Translations under genes and position numbers: made by a program
Shown here: positions 36,825 to 38,840 of the stretch, one piece after another
How positions within the stretch are numbered: position 1 is the stretch's first letter
Layout of the letters: each line of letters starts with the position of its first letter
Notes under the pieces: generated by a model
Told to the model about the DNA's origin: nothing
Databases searched by the model: none
The model's input: only the letters and a program-made list of their open reading frames with translations
From: Pristiophorus japonicus
Taxonomy: Eukaryota
Length of the DNA stretch: 38,840 bases
Assembly: GCF_044704955.1 (NCBI RefSeq)
Contig: NC_091990.1
Span: 25,941,161-25,980,000, forward strand
Reading direction: 5' to 3'

Positions 36825-37682
36825 GCCCAGGGTCAGCTAGCCTGGTGAACTGGCAATGCCCAGAATCTGCTAGCCTGGTGAACTGACAATGCCCAGGGTC
36901 AGCTAGCCTGGTGAACTGGCAATGCCCAGGGTCAGCTAGCCTGGTGAACTGGCAATGCCCAGAATCTGCTAGCCTGGTGAACTGACAATGCCCAGAATCT
37001 GCTAGCCTGGTGAACTGGCAATGCCCAGGGGCGACTAGCCTGGTGAACTGACAATGCCCAGGATCGACTAGCCTGGTGAACTGGCAATGCCCAGGGTCTG
37101 GTGAACTGGCAATGCCCAGGGTCGGCTAGCCTGGTGAACTGACAATGCCCAGGATCGACTAGCCTGGTGAACTGGCAATGCCCAGGGTCTGGTGAACTGA
37201 CAATGCCCATGGTCTGGTGAACTGGCAATGCCCAGAGTCTGGTGAACTGGCAATGTCCAGAGTCTGGTGAACTGGCAATGCCCAGGGTCTGGTGAACTGG
37301 CAATGCCCACGGTCTGGTGAACTGGCAATGCCCACGGTCTGGTGAACTGGCAATGCCCAGAGTCTGGTGAACTGACAATGCCCACGGTCTGGTGAACTGG
37401 CAATGCCCAGAGTCTGGTGAACTGGCAATGCCCAGAGTCTGGTGAACTGGCAATGCCCAGGGTCGGCTAGCCTGGTGAACTGGCAATGCCCAGGGTCTGG
37501 TGAACTGACAATGCCCACGGTCTGGTGAACTGGCAATGCCCAGAGTCTGGTGAACTGGCAATGCCCAGAGTCTGGTGAACTGACAATGCCCAGAGTCTGG
37601 TGAACTGGCAATGCCCAGAGTCTGGTGAACTGGCAATGCCCAGGGTCGACTAGCCTGGTGAACTGGCAATGCCCAGGGTCTG
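36825..37682. repeat. Compound 25/33-bp minisatellite in intron 1 (ctggtgaactggcaatgcccagggt with or without cagctagc)
   Basis: Directly visible; 33-bp units dominate the left part and 25-bp units the right. Confidence 0.97.
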
Positions 37683-37989
37683 GAAAGTTTACAAAAGCAA
37701 AGTGTTGAAAAGTGCTGCCTGACCTGTTGAGTATTTCCAGCATTTTCTGTTAAATCGTCAAAAACTTCTCGTGTTTTGTCTCTTGAGTTTACAGCATTGT
37801 TCCGGGAAGATGAAGGTTTTACTGCACTTATGAAACATTGGATCATTGATTAAAACTCTTCAAACTGTGAGCAATTGTAAACATTAAGGTGCATTTCCGA
37901 AGGTGTTAATTAAGCAGTTGAAATGGGGAAATTGTGCTGCAGGTTTTTGGTATCTAACTTGTCAAATAAAAACCCAACATTTCTTTCAG

Positions 37990-38058
37990 AACAATGACAC
38001 TGTGATGGATGTGACTGCGGAGGAAGGGCCCAGTTCTGTCTCACAGTTGGCTAAAAAG
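37990..38058 (+). CDS. C1orf232: C1orf232 homologue, coding exon 2
   Basis: Acceptor catttctttcAG; 23 codons NNDTVMDVTAEEGPSSVSQLAKK; donor AAG|GTACAA. Phase 0-0, compatible with exon 1. SQLAKK matches the recalled human SQLARR motif. Confidence 0.8.
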
Positions 38059-38104
38059 GTACAAATTATTCATTTCTTACCCATCATATGGATTACATAT
38101 TATA

Positions 38105-38540
38105 TAGGATATACGTCACAGAAACAGGCCATTCGCCCCAACCAGTCCAAGCCGGCGTTTATGCTCCACTCGAGCCTTCTCTGTCTTTCCTCATCTAAAT
38201 TTATCAGCCTAACCCTCTATTTCCTTCTCCCTCATATGCTTGTCTAGTCTCCCATTAAATATGTCTATACTATTCGCTTCAACCATGCCCTGTGGTAGTG
38301 AGTTCCACATTCTGACCACTCTTTGAGTAAAGAGGTTTCTTCTGAATTCCCTATTGGATTTCTTGGTGACTATCTTATATTGATGGCCTCTAGTTATGTT
38401 CTTCCCCACAAGTGGAAACACTCTCTCTGTATCCACTCTATCAAAATATTTCATAATTTTAAAGACCTCTATTATGTCACCCCTCAGCCTTCTTTTTTCA
38501 AGCGAAAAGAGACCCAGCCGGTTCATCCTTTCCTGCTATG
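38105..38540 (-). mobile_element. CR1 3' fragment in intron 2
   Basis: ORF 38209-38526 reads LGLFSLEKRRLRGDIIEVFKIM...FTQRVVRMWNSLP. Confidence 0.93.
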
Positions 38541-38559
38541 TATACCCTCGCATGCATTT

Positions 38560-38840
38560 ATTTCACCAGAGTGGTATACTTTGGGCACTGCCAGTTCACC
38601 AGGCTGGTATATTCTGCGCACTGCCAGTTCACCAGGCTGGTATACTCTGGGCATTGCCAGTTCACCAGGCTGGTATGCTCTGCGCACTGCCAGTCCACCT
38701 GGCTGGTATACTCTACGCATTGCCAGTTCACCAGGCTGGTATACTCTGCGCACTGCCAGTTCACCAGGCTGGTATACTCTGGGCATTGCCAGTTCACCAG
38801 GCTGGTATGCTCTGCGCACTGCCAGTCCACCGGGCTGGTA
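38560..38840. repeat. 33-bp minisatellite (gca(c/t)tgccagttcaccaggctggtatactctg(c/g)), running off the window end
   Basis: About 8 visible units; reverse-complement homologue of the 33-bp unit at 36825-37682. Confidence 0.95.

Noticed and set aside
36840-37690. Tandem hammerhead ribozymes (ctggtga resembles the CUGANGA core)
   Set aside because: The core has G in place of the conserved A, and the units lack the GAAA element and helix arrangement.
36825-38840. CRISPR-like arrays or coding repeats (ORFs 36932-37846, 38523-38819)
   Set aside because: Contiguous tandem units with no unique spacers, no cas genes, a eukaryotic context and an intronic location.

Overview
Eukaryotic, repeat-rich vertebrate DNA. 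The repeat content (CR1, L2, Deu-domain SINEs, RTE-derived short elements, Harbinger relics, Penelope-type termini) points to a cartilaginous fish such as a shark; this is an inference. Two host genes are supportable, arranged head-to-head about 11 kb apart. One is an intact single-exon classic claudin (24792-25460, minus, 222 aa). The other is the first two coding exons of a probable C1orf232 orthologue (36654-36740 and 37990-38058, plus), which continues beyond the window. The rest is transposon debris, five minisatellite arrays and an ~8.3 kb polypurine tract broken by 11 N-runs (13618-21922); that tract generates all the giant Pro-rich and Gly-rich ORFs, which are artefacts. I found no clearly novel biological system. 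The most interesting signals are: an uninterrupted Myb/SANT-like exon that the ORF track misses, next to a Harbinger-type end; an intronic minisatellite bracketed by a 38-bp inverted repeat plus a 35-bp copy of coding exon 1; an inverted sister array in the next intron; and a bipartite non-autonomous RTE family whose three copies share one inactivating ATG-TAG. Repeat boundaries are approximate and family names come from remembered motifs, not searches.
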